From positions 108,254 through 172,253 of the IMG/VR virus record IMGVR_UViG_3300033994_001756: a stretch of 64,000 nucleotides of DNA, one strand, 5' to 3'. Made by a program: the position numbers and the translations under genes. Under the pieces are notes generated by a model, which saw only the letters and a program-made list of their open reading frames with translations, had not been told where the DNA came from and made no database searches. Shown in pieces: positions 39,760 through 50,692 of the stretch; the stretch's first letter is position 1, and each line of letters opens with the position of its first letter. This DNA comes from a virus.

Positions 39760-42700
39760 ATGGCAAATTATCTTTCAGATAGACTTAAAAAGTTACAGGT
39801 TGGTATTTCTGGGTATACCGATTCCATTGATGTTGCCAATATTATTGGAAACTCTACTTTTGATGGTTCTGTAGAACTAAAAAAATCTTTAAAAGATAAA
39901 GATGGCCAGGTAGGAACTTCTGGTCAAATTTTAGCATCTAGTGGCACTGGAATACAATGGATATCTGCACCACCAGGAGGAGTTTCAGTATATGAAGAAA
40001 ATACATTATTAGGAAATTTGTATGGCACTACAGAAATTAAATTTGTTGGAAATTATATAACTGCAACTTCATCTGGATCAACTGCAACTGTAACTCTTTC
40101 AGATTTATCATTAGATAATTTAACAGATGTTGTTATTTCATCTCCATCCAATAATCAATTATTGAGATATAATAACTCAAATACTAGATGGGAAAACTGG
40201 ATTCCAAATTTTACTCTAGGTACTGATACAACTGGAAATTACGTAGCAAATTTAGTTGCTGGCACTGGAGTTACTCTTACTAATGGTACGGCAACTGAGG
40301 GAGGAACTCCTACAATATCAATCGGACAAAGTGTAGGTACAACTGATAATGTATCATTTAATAATTTAACGGTTGCTGGAACATTAACAGTCAATGGAAC
40401 TTCAACAGTTATTAATTCAACTGTAACTACAATTGATGATCCAATTATTACATTAGGAGGAGATACTGCTCCAACAACTGATGATTCAAAAGATCGTGGA
40501 ATAGAGTTTAGATGGCATGACGGATCAAATGCAAAAATTGGTTTTTTTGGATTTGATGATAGTACAGGATATCTGACATATATTCCAGATGCAACCAATT
40601 CAAGTGAAGTTTTTAGTGGTACTCTTGGAGACATTCAAGCAACTAATTTTCGTGGTGCATTAGTAGGAAACGCAGATACTGCCACTAAATGGAGTACAAA
40701 ACGCACATTAACATTAAGTGGAGATGTATCTGGAACTGCTACTGATATTGATGGATCTGGTAATATAAGTGTTACTTCAACTTTAGCAAGTTCTGGAGTA
40801 ACTGCTGGAACATATACATCAGTTACAGTAGACACTAAAGGTAGAGTAACCGCCGGGACTAATCCAACAACTTTAGGTGGCTATGGTATAATAGATGCAT
40901 TAACTACTTCTTCCACATCTACCCAATCTGGTTATTTTGGTGATATTTTCTTGTATGATGATTCAACGCCAAGTCATTATCTACAAATAACAAATAGTGC
41001 TAATTTAACGGCAGAAAGGACATTAAGTGTTAATGTTAATGATGCAGATAGAACTATATCATTAAGTGGTAATTTAACCATTAGTTCTAATGCTACTGTT
41101 TCAGGAAGTAACACAGGAGATCAAACTATAGAACTAACTGGTGATGTAACTGGTACTGGTACTGGATCATTTGCTACTACATTATCCAACTCTGGAGTAA
41201 GTGCCGGAACATATACATCAGTTACAGTAGATGCTAAAGGTAGAGTAACAGCAGGGTCAAATCCATCGATAGCACTTACTGATTCACCATCATTTACCAC
41301 TCTAGTAAATTTAAATAATCAAGCTGAACTTAGATTTTTAGAAGATACCACTAATGGAACCAATTATGTAGGACTTAAGGCACCGGCAAATATAACTACA
41401 AATAGAATTTGGGTTCTTCCAAATGTAGATGGTACTAATGGCCAAGCTTTAATTACTGATGGAGCTGGAAATTTATCTTGGAATACTTTTGGTGGAGTAG
41501 ATTTTCTAACTAGTAGCAATACATCAACTCAATCTGGTTATTTTGGTGATATTTTCTTGTATGATGATTCAACGCCAAGTCATTATCTACAAATAACAAA
41601 TAGTGCTAATTTAACGGCTACTAGATCATTGAGTGTCAATGTTAATGATGCAAATAGAACTATCTCCCTTTCTGGAAACTTAACTGTTTCTGCAGATGCT
41701 ACTGTTTCAGGAAGTAATACAGGAGATCAAACTATAACATTAACTGGCGATGTAACTGGGACTGGTACTGGATCATTTGCTACTACATTATCCAACTCTG
41801 GAGTCACATCTGGGACATACACATCAGTTACAGTAGATGCTAAAGGTAGAGTAACAGCAGGGACCAATCCTACAAGTACTGGAACAGGAAATGAAGTAAG
41901 AGCAGATTCACCATCATTTACTACCCTAGTAAATTTAAATAATCAAGCTGAACTTAGATTTTTAGAAGCTTCTGGAAATGGAACCAATTATGTTGGATTT
42001 GAAGCTCCAGCAAACATAACTACAAACACAATTTGGTTTCTTCCGAATGCAGATGGCACTGCTGGGCAGGCATTAGTTACCAATGGATCTGGAACTTTAT
42101 CTTGGGCTACCGCTGGTGGTGGTGGTGCAAGTGGATTTGGAGGTTATAACAATTCAATTACATCATCAGTTTTTGTTTCTGTTACTTCTGGAATTGGCAC
42201 AACTGTAGCATCTTTGAATGATATTACTACTGGTCCAGGTATTGCATATACATTTCCATCGACTGCCGGTAAAAAATATGTAATCGAATCTATACATGTT
42301 ACCAATACATTTACTAATGAATTATATTTTGTAGCAAGACATGACTTTAATGGTGGATCAAATGTTCCATTGGCCCAACGAGTGATTGTTCCATATCAAG
42401 GTGCGATGGAATTTTTAGATCAACCAATTATCGCAAGTCCATCAGATACTATAAGATTTCAAGCACTTTCTAATGCTTCGCCAACTGCAGTAGGTATTGA
42501 TGGGGGTTTGGATGCATTTATTATCATTTCAGAAAAAAGTGACACTACTTATATTGGAACTGGAGGTATAGTATCAACTGCAACGGGAACTCAAATTTTC
42601 CAGGCAACAACAGGGAATGCAATGTTGCAATCAATTAAACTTTGCAACTATAGTTTAAATACTGATATTGATGCATCTGTTTCTATCTATCGTGGCACTT

Positions 42701-42873
42701 TGGCATCTGGAGTAAGATTAGGATACTTAGCTTTTAATATTACAATTCCAAAAAATAGTGTAATTGAACTATTAGTAAAACCAAAATATCTTGCAACAAA
42801 TGATTCTATAGTCGCATCAGCATCTTTAGCAAGCGCATTGGCAGTCACATTATCAGGCAAATATATAGTATGA
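39760..42873 (+). CDS. tail fibre protein with internal repeats (1037 aa)
   Basis: three SGVxAGTYTSVTVDxKGRVTAG motifs, DDPIITLG...DRGIEF, LPNxDGTxGQALxTxGxGxLSW motifs. Confidence 0.85.
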   Translation: MANYLSDRLKKLQVGISGYTDSIDVANIIGNSTFDGSVELKKSLKDKDGQVGTSGQILASSGTGIQWISAPPGGVSVYEENTLLGNLYGTTEIKFVGNYITATSSGSTATVTLSDLSLDNLTDVVISSPSNNQLLRYNNSNTRWENWIPNFTLGTDTTGNYVANLVAGTGVTLTNGTATEGGTPTISIGQSVGTTDNVSFNNLTVAGTLTVNGTSTVINSTVTTIDDPIITLGGDTAPTTDDSKDRGIEFRWHDGSNAKIGFFGFDDSTGYLTYIPDATNSSEVFSGTLGDIQATNFRGALVGNADTATKWSTKRTLTLSGDVSGTATDIDGSGNISVTSTLASSGVTAGTYTSVTVDTKGRVTAGTNPTTLGGYGIIDALTTSSTSTQSGYFGDIFLYDDSTPSHYLQITNSANLTAERTLSVNVNDADRTISLSGNLTISSNATVSGSNTGDQTIELTGDVTGTGTGSFATTLSNSGVSAGTYTSVTVDAKGRVTAGSNPSIALTDSPSFTTLVNLNNQAELRFLEDTTNGTNYVGLKAPANITTNRIWVLPNVDGTNGQALITDGAGNLSWNTFGGVDFLTSSNTSTQSGYFGDIFLYDDSTPSHYLQITNSANLTATRSLSVNVNDANRTISLSGNLTVSADATVSGSNTGDQTITLTGDVTGTGTGSFATTLSNSGVTSGTYTSVTVDAKGRVTAGTNPTSTGTGNEVRADSPSFTTLVNLNNQAELRFLEASGNGTNYVGFEAPANITTNTIWFLPNADGTAGQALVTNGSGTLSWATAGGGGASGFGGYNNSITSSVFVSVTSGIGTTVASLNDITTGPGIAYTFPSTAGKKYVIESIHVTNTFTNELYFVARHDFNGGSNVPLAQRVIVPYQGAMEFLDQPIIASPSDTIRFQALSNASPTAVGIDGGLDAFIIISEKSDTTYIGTGGIVSTATGTQIFQATTGNAMLQSIKLCNYSLNTDIDASVSIYRGTLASGVRLGYLAFNITIPKNSVIELLVKPKYLATNDSIVASASLASALAVTLSGKYIV
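40924..42110 (+). repeat. intragenic tandem duplication, period about 606 nt
   Basis: 40924-41012 is identical to 41530-41618; similarity continues over about 200 codons. Confidence 0.9.
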
Positions 42874-42889
42874 GTTTTAAATTATTTGT

Positions 42890-43549
42890 ATGTCTCTTTT
42901 AATTGCTATGCCTTGTTATGGTGGACTTGTCAGTGATAAAACAGCAAAAGGATTATTTAATCTGGGGAAAGAACTGAGAACCGCAAACATTGACCATGGT
43001 TTACTTACAATGGCAAATGAAAGTCTTGTTACTCAAGCAAGATCTAAGATGGTTAATTTTTTTATGAATAATACAGAATATGAAAGAATTTTATTTATTG
43101 ATGCTGATGTTGGATTTACTGCGGAAGATGTATTTAATCTTTTAAAGTACGATAAAGATATTATATGTGGAGCTTATCCTATGAAAGGAATTCCACTTAG
43201 ATATAATTATAATATTACAAAACCAGAAATAATTGAAGGAGAATTAATACAAATTGAAAATATTGGGTTTGGTTTTGCTATGATTAAAAGAAAAATTTTT
43301 GAGGATATTTCTCAAAAATATGGTGAAGAATTAAAATACTATCCACCAACTAATAATTCTACTTTCCCACCAACTGAAAAAGAATATAATAATTCATATC
43401 ATTACTTTCTAGAACTTAAAAAAGATATGGCATATCTTCCTGAAGATTTTTCATTTTTTGAAAGAGCAAAAAGTGTTGGATACACTGTCTGGTTAAATAG
43501 TAATATTAGACTCGCCCACGTTGGGTCTCACGTTTATCAAGAAGGATAA
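42890..43549 (+). CDS. GT-A fold glycosyltransferase-like protein
   Basis: IAMPCYGG, LFIDADVGF (DxD), GFGFAMIKR, PEDFSFF and HVG motifs. Confidence 0.78.
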   Translation: MSLLIAMPCYGGLVSDKTAKGLFNLGKELRTANIDHGLLTMANESLVTQARSKMVNFFMNNTEYERILFIDADVGFTAEDVFNLLKYDKDIICGAYPMKGIPLRYNYNITKPEIIEGELIQIENIGFGFAMIKRKIFEDISQKYGEELKYYPPTNNSTFPPTEKEYNNSYHYFLELKKDMAYLPEDFSFFERAKSVGYTVWLNSNIRLAHVGSHVYQEG

Positions 43550-43553
43550 TTAA

Positions 43554-45380
43554 ATGGCAACTGGTGTTTTTGGACTTAACAGAGTTTATAAAAATCAATA
43601 CCAAAATGTAAAAAGTAATAATTTTGCAAGTTGGCCTGAGTCTGGCAATTATGGTTACTATGCTTCGGGATCCAATCTTAGCACTGTTTTTGCAAGACTT
43701 GATTTTTCCAATGAGACTGTAAGTGACCCAGGAAAATATTTACCTTCAGGATCTAGGCGTTTTGCAATGGGAGTTTTCAATAATTCATATGGGTATGTTG
43801 GTGGTGGAGATACACCACCAAATTTTATAAACACTAACACCATTACAAGACTTGATTTTTCGACTGAAAATGTAAGTCTTCCTGGAAATAATTTACCATC
43901 AGCAGGAACAAACGCAGCTGGAGTTTCTGGTAAATCATATGGTTATTTTGCTGGAGGCAATTATTCAGGATTTGTCTCTAGTAACATCAGAAGACTTGAT
44001 TTTTCTAATGAAACTTTTAGTATCCCGGGACAAAATATACCTTCAGAAAGACACTATATAAGGTCAGTTTTTACTGATTTATATGGTTATCTTGCGGGTG
44101 GATTTGATCCAGGATTTGTGCTAACTAACACTATACCAAGGCTTGATTTTTCTAACGAAACTGTAAGTAGTCCAGGAAAAAATTTACCTTCAGGAAGAAG
44201 TAATGTTGGACCAATTTTTAACAATTATTTTGGATATTTTGGTGGTGGATATCTCAATGGTCCATACATAAGTAATATTACAAGACTTGATTTCTCAAAT
44301 GAAACTGTAAGTGACCCAGGAAACAATTTGCCTGGTGTACGGGGACATATAGCAGGAACTTCAAGTAATACTTATGGATATTTTGGAGGTGGCGGAACTC
44401 CTGGATTTGACTCGAATGTAATCAATAGACTTGATTTTTCTAGTACAACATTAAATAATCCAGGGAAAAATTTACCTATGATAGTTGTTTCGGCGGTTGG
44501 ACTTACTGGAGGTAAATCTTATACTAAAATGACCAAAACTTATGGGTACTTTGGTGGTGGATACTTTCCAGTATTTGTTAATACAATTTCAAGACTTGAT
44601 TTTTCAACTGATGGTTTTAGCAATCCTGGAAAAAATTTACCAACTGTTAGGGGATGGACCGCAGCAGTTTCAAATAATTTTTACGGATACTTTGGTGGTG
44701 GAGCTAGTCCATCAATTATCAATACAATATCAAGACTTGATTTCTCCAATGAAACTGTAAGTGATCCTGGAAAAGATTTACCTTTAGCAAGATATAATTT
44801 CGCAGGAACATCAAGTAATTCTTATGGATATTTTGGTGGTGGGGCTGCCCCAGGAACAGAGATTTGCACAATAACAAGACTTGATTTCTCCAATGAAACT
44901 GTAAGTGATCCTGGGAAAAATTTATCATCAGCATTACAAAATTCAGTAACAGTCTCAAATAGTTCATATGGATATTTTAGTGGTGGACACTCCACAATAT
45001 CAAGACTTGATTTTTCCAATGAAAATGTAAGTAATCCTGGGAAAAATTTATCATCAGCATTACAAACTATGACAGCAGTTTCAAATAATTCTTATGGATA
45101 CTTTGGTGGTGGGTATTTACCACCATATATTAATACAATTTCTAGACTTGATTTTTCCAATGAGACAGTAAGTAATCCCGGAAAGAATTTACCAGTTGGT
45201 GTTAGTAGATTGGGTGGAACATCATCTATGTTTTTTGGATATTTTGCAGGAGGTCAGACTTCACCGACTGTAAGAACTGCCTCTGTCTCAAAGATTGATT
45301 TCTCAACCGAAAATATAAGTGCTTCTCCTAGTTTACCAAGTGCTAGAAATATTTTAACAGGTCTTTCAAACTCAAACTAA
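43554..45380 (+). CDS. Kelch-like double beta-propeller protein 1 (12 repeats)
   Basis: 12 repeats of YGYFGGG-x-TISRLDFSNETVSxPGKNLP, about 48-50 aa each. Confidence 0.85.
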   Translation: MATGVFGLNRVYKNQYQNVKSNNFASWPESGNYGYYASGSNLSTVFARLDFSNETVSDPGKYLPSGSRRFAMGVFNNSYGYVGGGDTPPNFINTNTITRLDFSTENVSLPGNNLPSAGTNAAGVSGKSYGYFAGGNYSGFVSSNIRRLDFSNETFSIPGQNIPSERHYIRSVFTDLYGYLAGGFDPGFVLTNTIPRLDFSNETVSSPGKNLPSGRSNVGPIFNNYFGYFGGGYLNGPYISNITRLDFSNETVSDPGNNLPGVRGHIAGTSSNTYGYFGGGGTPGFDSNVINRLDFSSTTLNNPGKNLPMIVVSAVGLTGGKSYTKMTKTYGYFGGGYFPVFVNTISRLDFSTDGFSNPGKNLPTVRGWTAAVSNNFYGYFGGGASPSIINTISRLDFSNETVSDPGKDLPLARYNFAGTSSNSYGYFGGGAAPGTEICTITRLDFSNETVSDPGKNLSSALQNSVTVSNSSYGYFSGGHSTISRLDFSNENVSNPGKNLSSALQTMTAVSNNSYGYFGGGYLPPYINTISRLDFSNETVSNPGKNLPVGVSRLGGTSSMFFGYFAGGQTSPTVRTASVSKIDFSTENISASPSLPSARNILTGLSNSN

Positions 45381-45384
45381 TATT

Positions 45385-46212
45385 ATGAAAACTTTTTATT
45401 TTATGTCTGGACTTCCACGTTCAGGTTCTACCTTACTGACAGCATTACTCAATCAAAATCCAGAAGTACATGCATCTACAAACTCTCCACTTTTAGATAC
45501 AATACACTACACAGAAGAGTATCTTTTATATCAATCAGAACAATACAAAGCAACACCAAATCCAGAAGGAGCACATAAGGTCTTATCATCAATACCTGAT
45601 AACTATTACTTCAATATCCCACAAGACATTATTATAGATAAATCCAGAGGTTGGGTTAATGAAATTCAACACATTCAAGATTATATTACAAAAGAACCAA
45701 AGATTATATGTCCAGTCAGAGATATTCAAGATATTATCTCCTCATTTCTAAATCTTGTTTATCATTCAAAAACAACTTCTTTTATTGACGAAGCACTTAT
45801 TTCTAATGGTATAGAGATTAATAATGATAATCGTGCAGACTACCTAATGTCTCCACAAGGGATTATCGGACAATCATATCATGCACTTTCAGAAGCATTT
45901 CGTAAAGGTAACAATAAATATTTGTTATTAGTTGAATACGATAATCTGGTAAATAAACCACAACAAGAACTTAATCGCATTTATGACTTCTTAGAACTTT
46001 CAAAATTTACTCATACTTTTGAAAATATAAAACCAAAATGTGATGAGAACGACGAAGTTTATGGTTTAGAGAATATGCACACTGTCAGAAATAAGGTTGA
46101 AAAAATACATCGTGATAATACAAAGTTCTTAAGTGAGTATGTGATTGATAAATATAATTATATGGAGTTCTGGAAATCAAGAACTCAAAGATATTCTATT
46201 TTTGGACTCTAA
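45385..46212 (+). CDS. sulfotransferase
   Basis: GLPRSGSTLL (5'-PSB loop), DKSR, VRDIQDIISS (3'-PB), YDNLV...IYDFLE. Confidence 0.9.
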   Translation: MKTFYFMSGLPRSGSTLLTALLNQNPEVHASTNSPLLDTIHYTEEYLLYQSEQYKATPNPEGAHKVLSSIPDNYYFNIPQDIIIDKSRGWVNEIQHIQDYITKEPKIICPVRDIQDIISSFLNLVYHSKTTSFIDEALISNGIEINNDNRADYLMSPQGIIGQSYHALSEAFRKGNNKYLLLVEYDNLVNKPQQELNRIYDFLELSKFTHTFENIKPKCDENDEVYGLENMHTVRNKVEKIHRDNTKFLSEYVIDKYNYMEFWKSRTQRYSIFGL

Positions 46213-48083
46213 TGGCAGTATTTTCACTCAACGAAGTTAAGGTAGAACAAGTAAAAAATATTGAAAATAATAACTTCATTAGTTGGCCCGAAAGTGCTAG
46301 TTATGGATATTTTGGAGGTGGATATATTGCTGGCACGCCTAGTGTATCATCCAATTTTAATAGACTTGATTTTTTCAATGAAACATTAAGTGCCCCTGGA
46401 AGAAATTTACCTTCAGCAATATCAAGAGGTGCAACAGCAACTTCAAATTTATATGGATATTTTGGTGGAGGTAGTTTTGGTTCAGGTGGAGTGTCTGTAG
46501 TCACAAGACTTGACTTTTCTAATGAAACTTTTAGTAGTCCAGGAAAAAATTTATTTCTTGGATCTAGATTACTTGGTGGTGTTTCTAGCATTTCATATGG
46601 ATATTTTATTGGTGGGTTTACTCCAGGTTTTGATAGTACAATACAAAGACTTGATTTCTCTAGTGAAAATGTAAGTAACCCTGGAAAACCTTTGCCTTTT
46701 GGAAGGGCAGGGATTGCAACTGTGTCAAATAATCTATATGGTTATGTGGGGGGTGGTGCGGTAACAAGTTTAATTGCAAGACTTGATTTTTCGACAGAAA
46801 ATATAACTACTCCAGTAAATAGGTTACCTAATACTAGAGATTCTTTTGGTGGAGTTTCTAGTAAATTATATGGATATTTTGGAGGTGGTTATACTTGGCC
46901 ACCAGCTTTAGTATATAATACTATTACAAGATTGCAGTTTGACACCGAAACCATAAGTAATAATCCTAGCACACTAGCAGGTATTTCTAGAGCATCTCCT
47001 TCAACAGTTAACACTGACTCATATGGATATTTTGCTGGTGGATTTTTCTCACCTCCATATTCATTTGTAAGTACTATAACTAGACTTGATTTTGGGACAG
47101 GAAGTACAACTAATTTAGCTAACAATCTTCCACAAAATAATCATGGACTATATTCAATGTCTGGTGGGACATCATTTTATCGTGGTTCTAAAACTTATGG
47201 ATATTTTGCTGGAGGTAATGATCCGGTTCCTTCAGCAATTTCTACAATCAATAGACTTGATTTTTCTAATGAAACATTAAGTGACCCCGGAAAAAATCTT
47301 CTAGTAAATTGTGGTAACTCAGCAACGGTAGCATCTAATAATTATGGTTATATATGTGGAGGAAATCGGCCAAGTTTGTTTACTTCTGTAGTGCAAAGAC
47401 TTGATTTTGTTAATGAAACTGTAACTATCACTGGAAAAAATTTACCTATGCAAACTGGTAATGTAACAGGGACTTCATCAAGTTCTTATGGATATATAAT
47501 TGGTGGATATACTGGGGTGACACCACCAGTATGGTTTACTTCTTTAATCAGAAGAATAGATTTTTCAACCGAAAATGTAAGTCTTCCGGGAAAAAATTTA
47601 CCTGGAGTAAGATATTCTGCGGCAACAGTTGCAAATACATCTTATAGTTATATTTGTGGCGGTGATATTCCTACTGGTAGAACATCTAATGTTTTTAGAC
47701 TTGACTTTTCTAACGAAACTGTAAGTAGTCCAGGAAAAAATTTACCACTGGCCGCAACAGGTCAAGGCTCAGTTTCTACTAATTTATATGGTTATATTGC
47801 GGGTGGATTTGCACCACCAATCAGTACCATTACAAGACTTGATTTTTCCACAGAAAATTTAAGTCTTCCTGGCAAAAATTTCACAATACCAAGATCTAAT
47901 ATAAGAGGAACACTAAGTAGTTATTATGGATATTTTGCTGGTGGAAGCAATCCACCAACCTCAGCGAACCTCAGCACTATCACAAGAATTGATTTTATCA
48001 CAGAAAATTTAAATGATCTAGCAAATAATTTTTCCATAACAAAATTTTCAGTAAATTCACTGGCAAACTCAAACACACACTAA
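46212..48083 (+). CDS. Kelch-like double beta-propeller protein 2 (12 repeats)
   Basis: same repeat; start overlaps the sulfotransferase stop (TAATG). Confidence 0.85.
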   Translation: MAVFSLNEVKVEQVKNIENNNFISWPESASYGYFGGGYIAGTPSVSSNFNRLDFFNETLSAPGRNLPSAISRGATATSNLYGYFGGGSFGSGGVSVVTRLDFSNETFSSPGKNLFLGSRLLGGVSSISYGYFIGGFTPGFDSTIQRLDFSSENVSNPGKPLPFGRAGIATVSNNLYGYVGGGAVTSLIARLDFSTENITTPVNRLPNTRDSFGGVSSKLYGYFGGGYTWPPALVYNTITRLQFDTETISNNPSTLAGISRASPSTVNTDSYGYFAGGFFSPPYSFVSTITRLDFGTGSTTNLANNLPQNNHGLYSMSGGTSFYRGSKTYGYFAGGNDPVPSAISTINRLDFSNETLSDPGKNLLVNCGNSATVASNNYGYICGGNRPSLFTSVVQRLDFVNETVTITGKNLPMQTGNVTGTSSSSYGYIIGGYTGVTPPVWFTSLIRRIDFSTENVSLPGKNLPGVRYSAATVANTSYSYICGGDIPTGRTSNVFRLDFSNETVSSPGKNLPLAATGQGSVSTNLYGYIAGGFAPPISTITRLDFSTENLSLPGKNFTIPRSNIRGTLSSYYGYFAGGSNPPTSANLSTITRIDFITENLNDLANNFSITKFSVNSLANSNTH

Positions 48084-48086
48084 ATA
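48080..48086 (+). promoter_or_regulatory. late promoter variant (CTAAATA) overlapping the propeller-2 stop
   Basis: CTAAATA upstream of the glycosyltransferase gene. Confidence 0.6.
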
Positions 48087-48107
48087 AAATACCTACATCA
48101 TTTTGAT

Positions 48108-49811
48108 ATGAAATCTGGAGCAACTGAAAGTTCTTTTTATTACCTAAATCAACATTATCAATTTCCAAATAATGTTGAAGTTTCAAGAAGTATAGAAGTC
48201 TTAGCACAATCAGATAAACAATATAAAATTCTCTGGGCGCATGATAACTGTGACCAACCACAACTCTTAAGACTTCCAGAACTTGTATCGCAGATTGATA
48301 AGATTGTCTGCGTATCAAACTGGGAAGCAGAGCAATATATCAAATATAAGCGAGCACCGGAAGACAAAATTGTAGTCATTCCAAATGGTGTTGCAGATAT
48401 TTTCAATCTTAAATCCCCAAAATCAAAGACAGCAATCTATTTCTCTGGGCCACACAAGGGTATTGTACCACTTCCAAAAATTTGGAGGCAGGTGATTCAA
48501 AATCACCCAGATGCAAAGTTAAAAGTATTTTCTTCTCATAATCTTTATGGAGAACAATACGAACAACACTTTAAGATTCCAGAACACTTAGAGGCAATTG
48601 AAGAATTAAAGTCTCTTCCTGGTGTTGAGTATTCTCCTTGTATTGACCGTGAAACACTACTACCTCATATCCAAGATGCTGCATTCTTCGTACATCCTAA
48701 TGTCTGGGAAGAGACCTTCTGCGTGTCTCTAGCAGAGGCAATGGTTTGTGGGTGTTATCCAATTACCAGTGATATAGGAGCATTAAGTGAAATTTCATTC
48801 AATCGTGGTAAGTACATTCCAATGGATGGAAAAAATACTTCGGTTGGTTGGGAGCCATCTCCCAAGTTTATCAATGAATTCGCGCAAGAACTTTCAAGAT
48901 GTTTTGAGTTTTTTGATAAAGAACCAGAAACTTTTTATAATGCAACGAAAGAACTTTCTTGTATCACCAAAGAAACTTATGATTGGAAGAAAATTGCAGT
49001 AGTATGGAAAAACCTCATTAATAATATTCAGTCTCAAACAGTAAGTCGCCCAAAGTATTACTGTATGGTGAATATAAAGTGTTCTGAAAAGTATACTCAC
49101 CTTGCTTTAGATACATTCTTCAGAAATAGTATTTTCAATTCAAATGATAAGTTCTTCTTGATTGATAATGATAAAACATTTACTCAAGACTATGAGAATG
49201 TAACAATCATTTCAAACTCATCACCAAAGTCATTTGCAGAGAATATGAACTTTATTCTCAAACAAGCACTTATCGATGGTGCTGATTTTGTTGGACTGAA
49301 TAATGATATTGCATTTACAAAAAATTGGAATCACAATCTTGGTGACTCTAGTAGTATTTCAATTCCATTATGCAATCAACATCTACAGGTTGGTGGACTA
49401 AAACCAGAAATGCAACTTGAAGAGTTTGTTGGAAAAGAAGATCAATTGAATGAGTTAGCACAACATATTACAACAAACAACCAAGATATTCCTACAAATT
49501 TAATCAAAGCATTCTATTGTTTCTATGTTCCTCATGAAGTGAGTTCAAAGGTTGGTCTGCTGGATGAAGAGTTTGGACTTGGTGGTGGAGAAGATATTGA
49601 TTATACCTTAAGAGCAGAACAACTTGGTATTGAAACTAAGTTTAATCGTGGTTCATATCTTCTACATTTTTCTCATAGAACATTAGATCATGAGACAGTA
49701 GAAGAAAAAGATAAAAGAACAGAACAATTATACCTGCATTTTTGTAAAAAGTGGGGTAAAGAAATTGCAAATTCAAGATTATCTCTTGCAGTAACTCAAA
49801 GATATTCTTGA
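48108..49811 (+). CDS. bifunctional glycosyltransferase (GT-B/GT4-like fused to GT-A/GT2-like)
   Basis: WAHD, VIPNG, EETFCVSLAEAMVCG (E-x7-E); C-terminal LNNDI and GGGEDIDY. Confidence 0.85.
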   Translation: MKSGATESSFYYLNQHYQFPNNVEVSRSIEVLAQSDKQYKILWAHDNCDQPQLLRLPELVSQIDKIVCVSNWEAEQYIKYKRAPEDKIVVIPNGVADIFNLKSPKSKTAIYFSGPHKGIVPLPKIWRQVIQNHPDAKLKVFSSHNLYGEQYEQHFKIPEHLEAIEELKSLPGVEYSPCIDRETLLPHIQDAAFFVHPNVWEETFCVSLAEAMVCGCYPITSDIGALSEISFNRGKYIPMDGKNTSVGWEPSPKFINEFAQELSRCFEFFDKEPETFYNATKELSCITKETYDWKKIAVVWKNLINNIQSQTVSRPKYYCMVNIKCSEKYTHLALDTFFRNSIFNSNDKFFLIDNDKTFTQDYENVTIISNSSPKSFAENMNFILKQALIDGADFVGLNNDIAFTKNWNHNLGDSSSISIPLCNQHLQVGGLKPEMQLEEFVGKEDQLNELAQHITTNNQDIPTNLIKAFYCFYVPHEVSSKVGLLDEEFGLGGGEDIDYTLRAEQLGIETKFNRGSYLLHFSHRTLDHETVEEKDKRTEQLYLHFCKKWGKEIANSRLSLAVTQRYS

Positions 49812-49817
49812 TAAATA
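49810..49817 (+). promoter_or_regulatory. late promoter (GATAAATA)
   Basis: about 30 nt upstream of the 279-aa gene. Confidence 0.6.
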
Positions 49818-49847
49818 ACAATAACACTATTAAAAGATTGAATAAGT

Positions 49848-50687
49848 ATGTCTAACAATTATGAAGCAATTGCACTTGCAACATCTAAAGAAGTTTTAGA
49901 TGATAGTAATGAGTTTATGTTAAAAGTTCTTCAAGAGGCAACTCGTTGGGAAGAAAGTGAAACTGAACTTGCACAAGGTCGTTCAGATTTTCAGATTGAG
50001 AAGTTTATTATTCACGACAATTTCACAATCCCATCAGCATTTAAAGCTGCACTGATTAATCGTAGAAGTGTAGCCGAAGGACTTCTACAACAAGTCATTG
50101 AAGCAAAAAGATCCGCAAGAGAATTTCACTACAAGTGGGATGGAAAAGATAAAACACAACCCATCTGGTGGAAGACACGTCAAGGTGGAGAAGAACTTTC
50201 CTGGTATGATGTTGATGAGTTTCATTTTCATCGTATGCTTGAAGGATTGAACCGTGGTTTTAAAGCAGCGGTTGAAGAACTCGAATGCTTCGACAAACTC
50301 ATTAATCGTTTGATTGAACTGAATGGTGGCAAATTGGTTTCAAGAGACCAATATAATGAAGACCAACCAAACTACTGGGAGCGCAGACTTGCAAATCAAT
50401 CTCTGGATGATTTACTCGCTGCAAGAACTGGTGTAAATGCTGGTAATATTCGTTCTATGAGAAGAGCAAGTGCTCCTACAGTATTACCTGATGATGTAAA
50501 TCGCACCAAGGGAAGTTTTGGAGATCCAAATAATCCTATGGATTTTCTGAATAGTCTTCAGCAAGCAGTTGCTTCTGGTATTGAAGAAATTACAGGTATG
50601 GATCAACAACTTCTTCGTGGTGTTGAAGAGCAAACACAGAAACAAATTCCCGAGTCATTATTTAACCCAGACCTTAGAGTAGAGTAA
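49848..50687 (+). CDS. hypothetical helical protein (279 aa) within the propeller cassette
   Basis: GRSDFQIEKF and YWERRLANQ motifs; no catalytic motif recognised. Confidence 0.8.
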   Translation: MSNNYEAIALATSKEVLDDSNEFMLKVLQEATRWEESETELAQGRSDFQIEKFIIHDNFTIPSAFKAALINRRSVAEGLLQQVIEAKRSAREFHYKWDGKDKTQPIWWKTRQGGEELSWYDVDEFHFHRMLEGLNRGFKAAVEELECFDKLINRLIELNGGKLVSRDQYNEDQPNYWERRLANQSLDDLLAARTGVNAGNIRSMRRASAPTVLPDDVNRTKGSFGDPNNPMDFLNSLQQAVASGIEEITGMDQQLLRGVEEQTQKQIPESLFNPDLRVE

Positions 50688-50692
50688 ATCCG

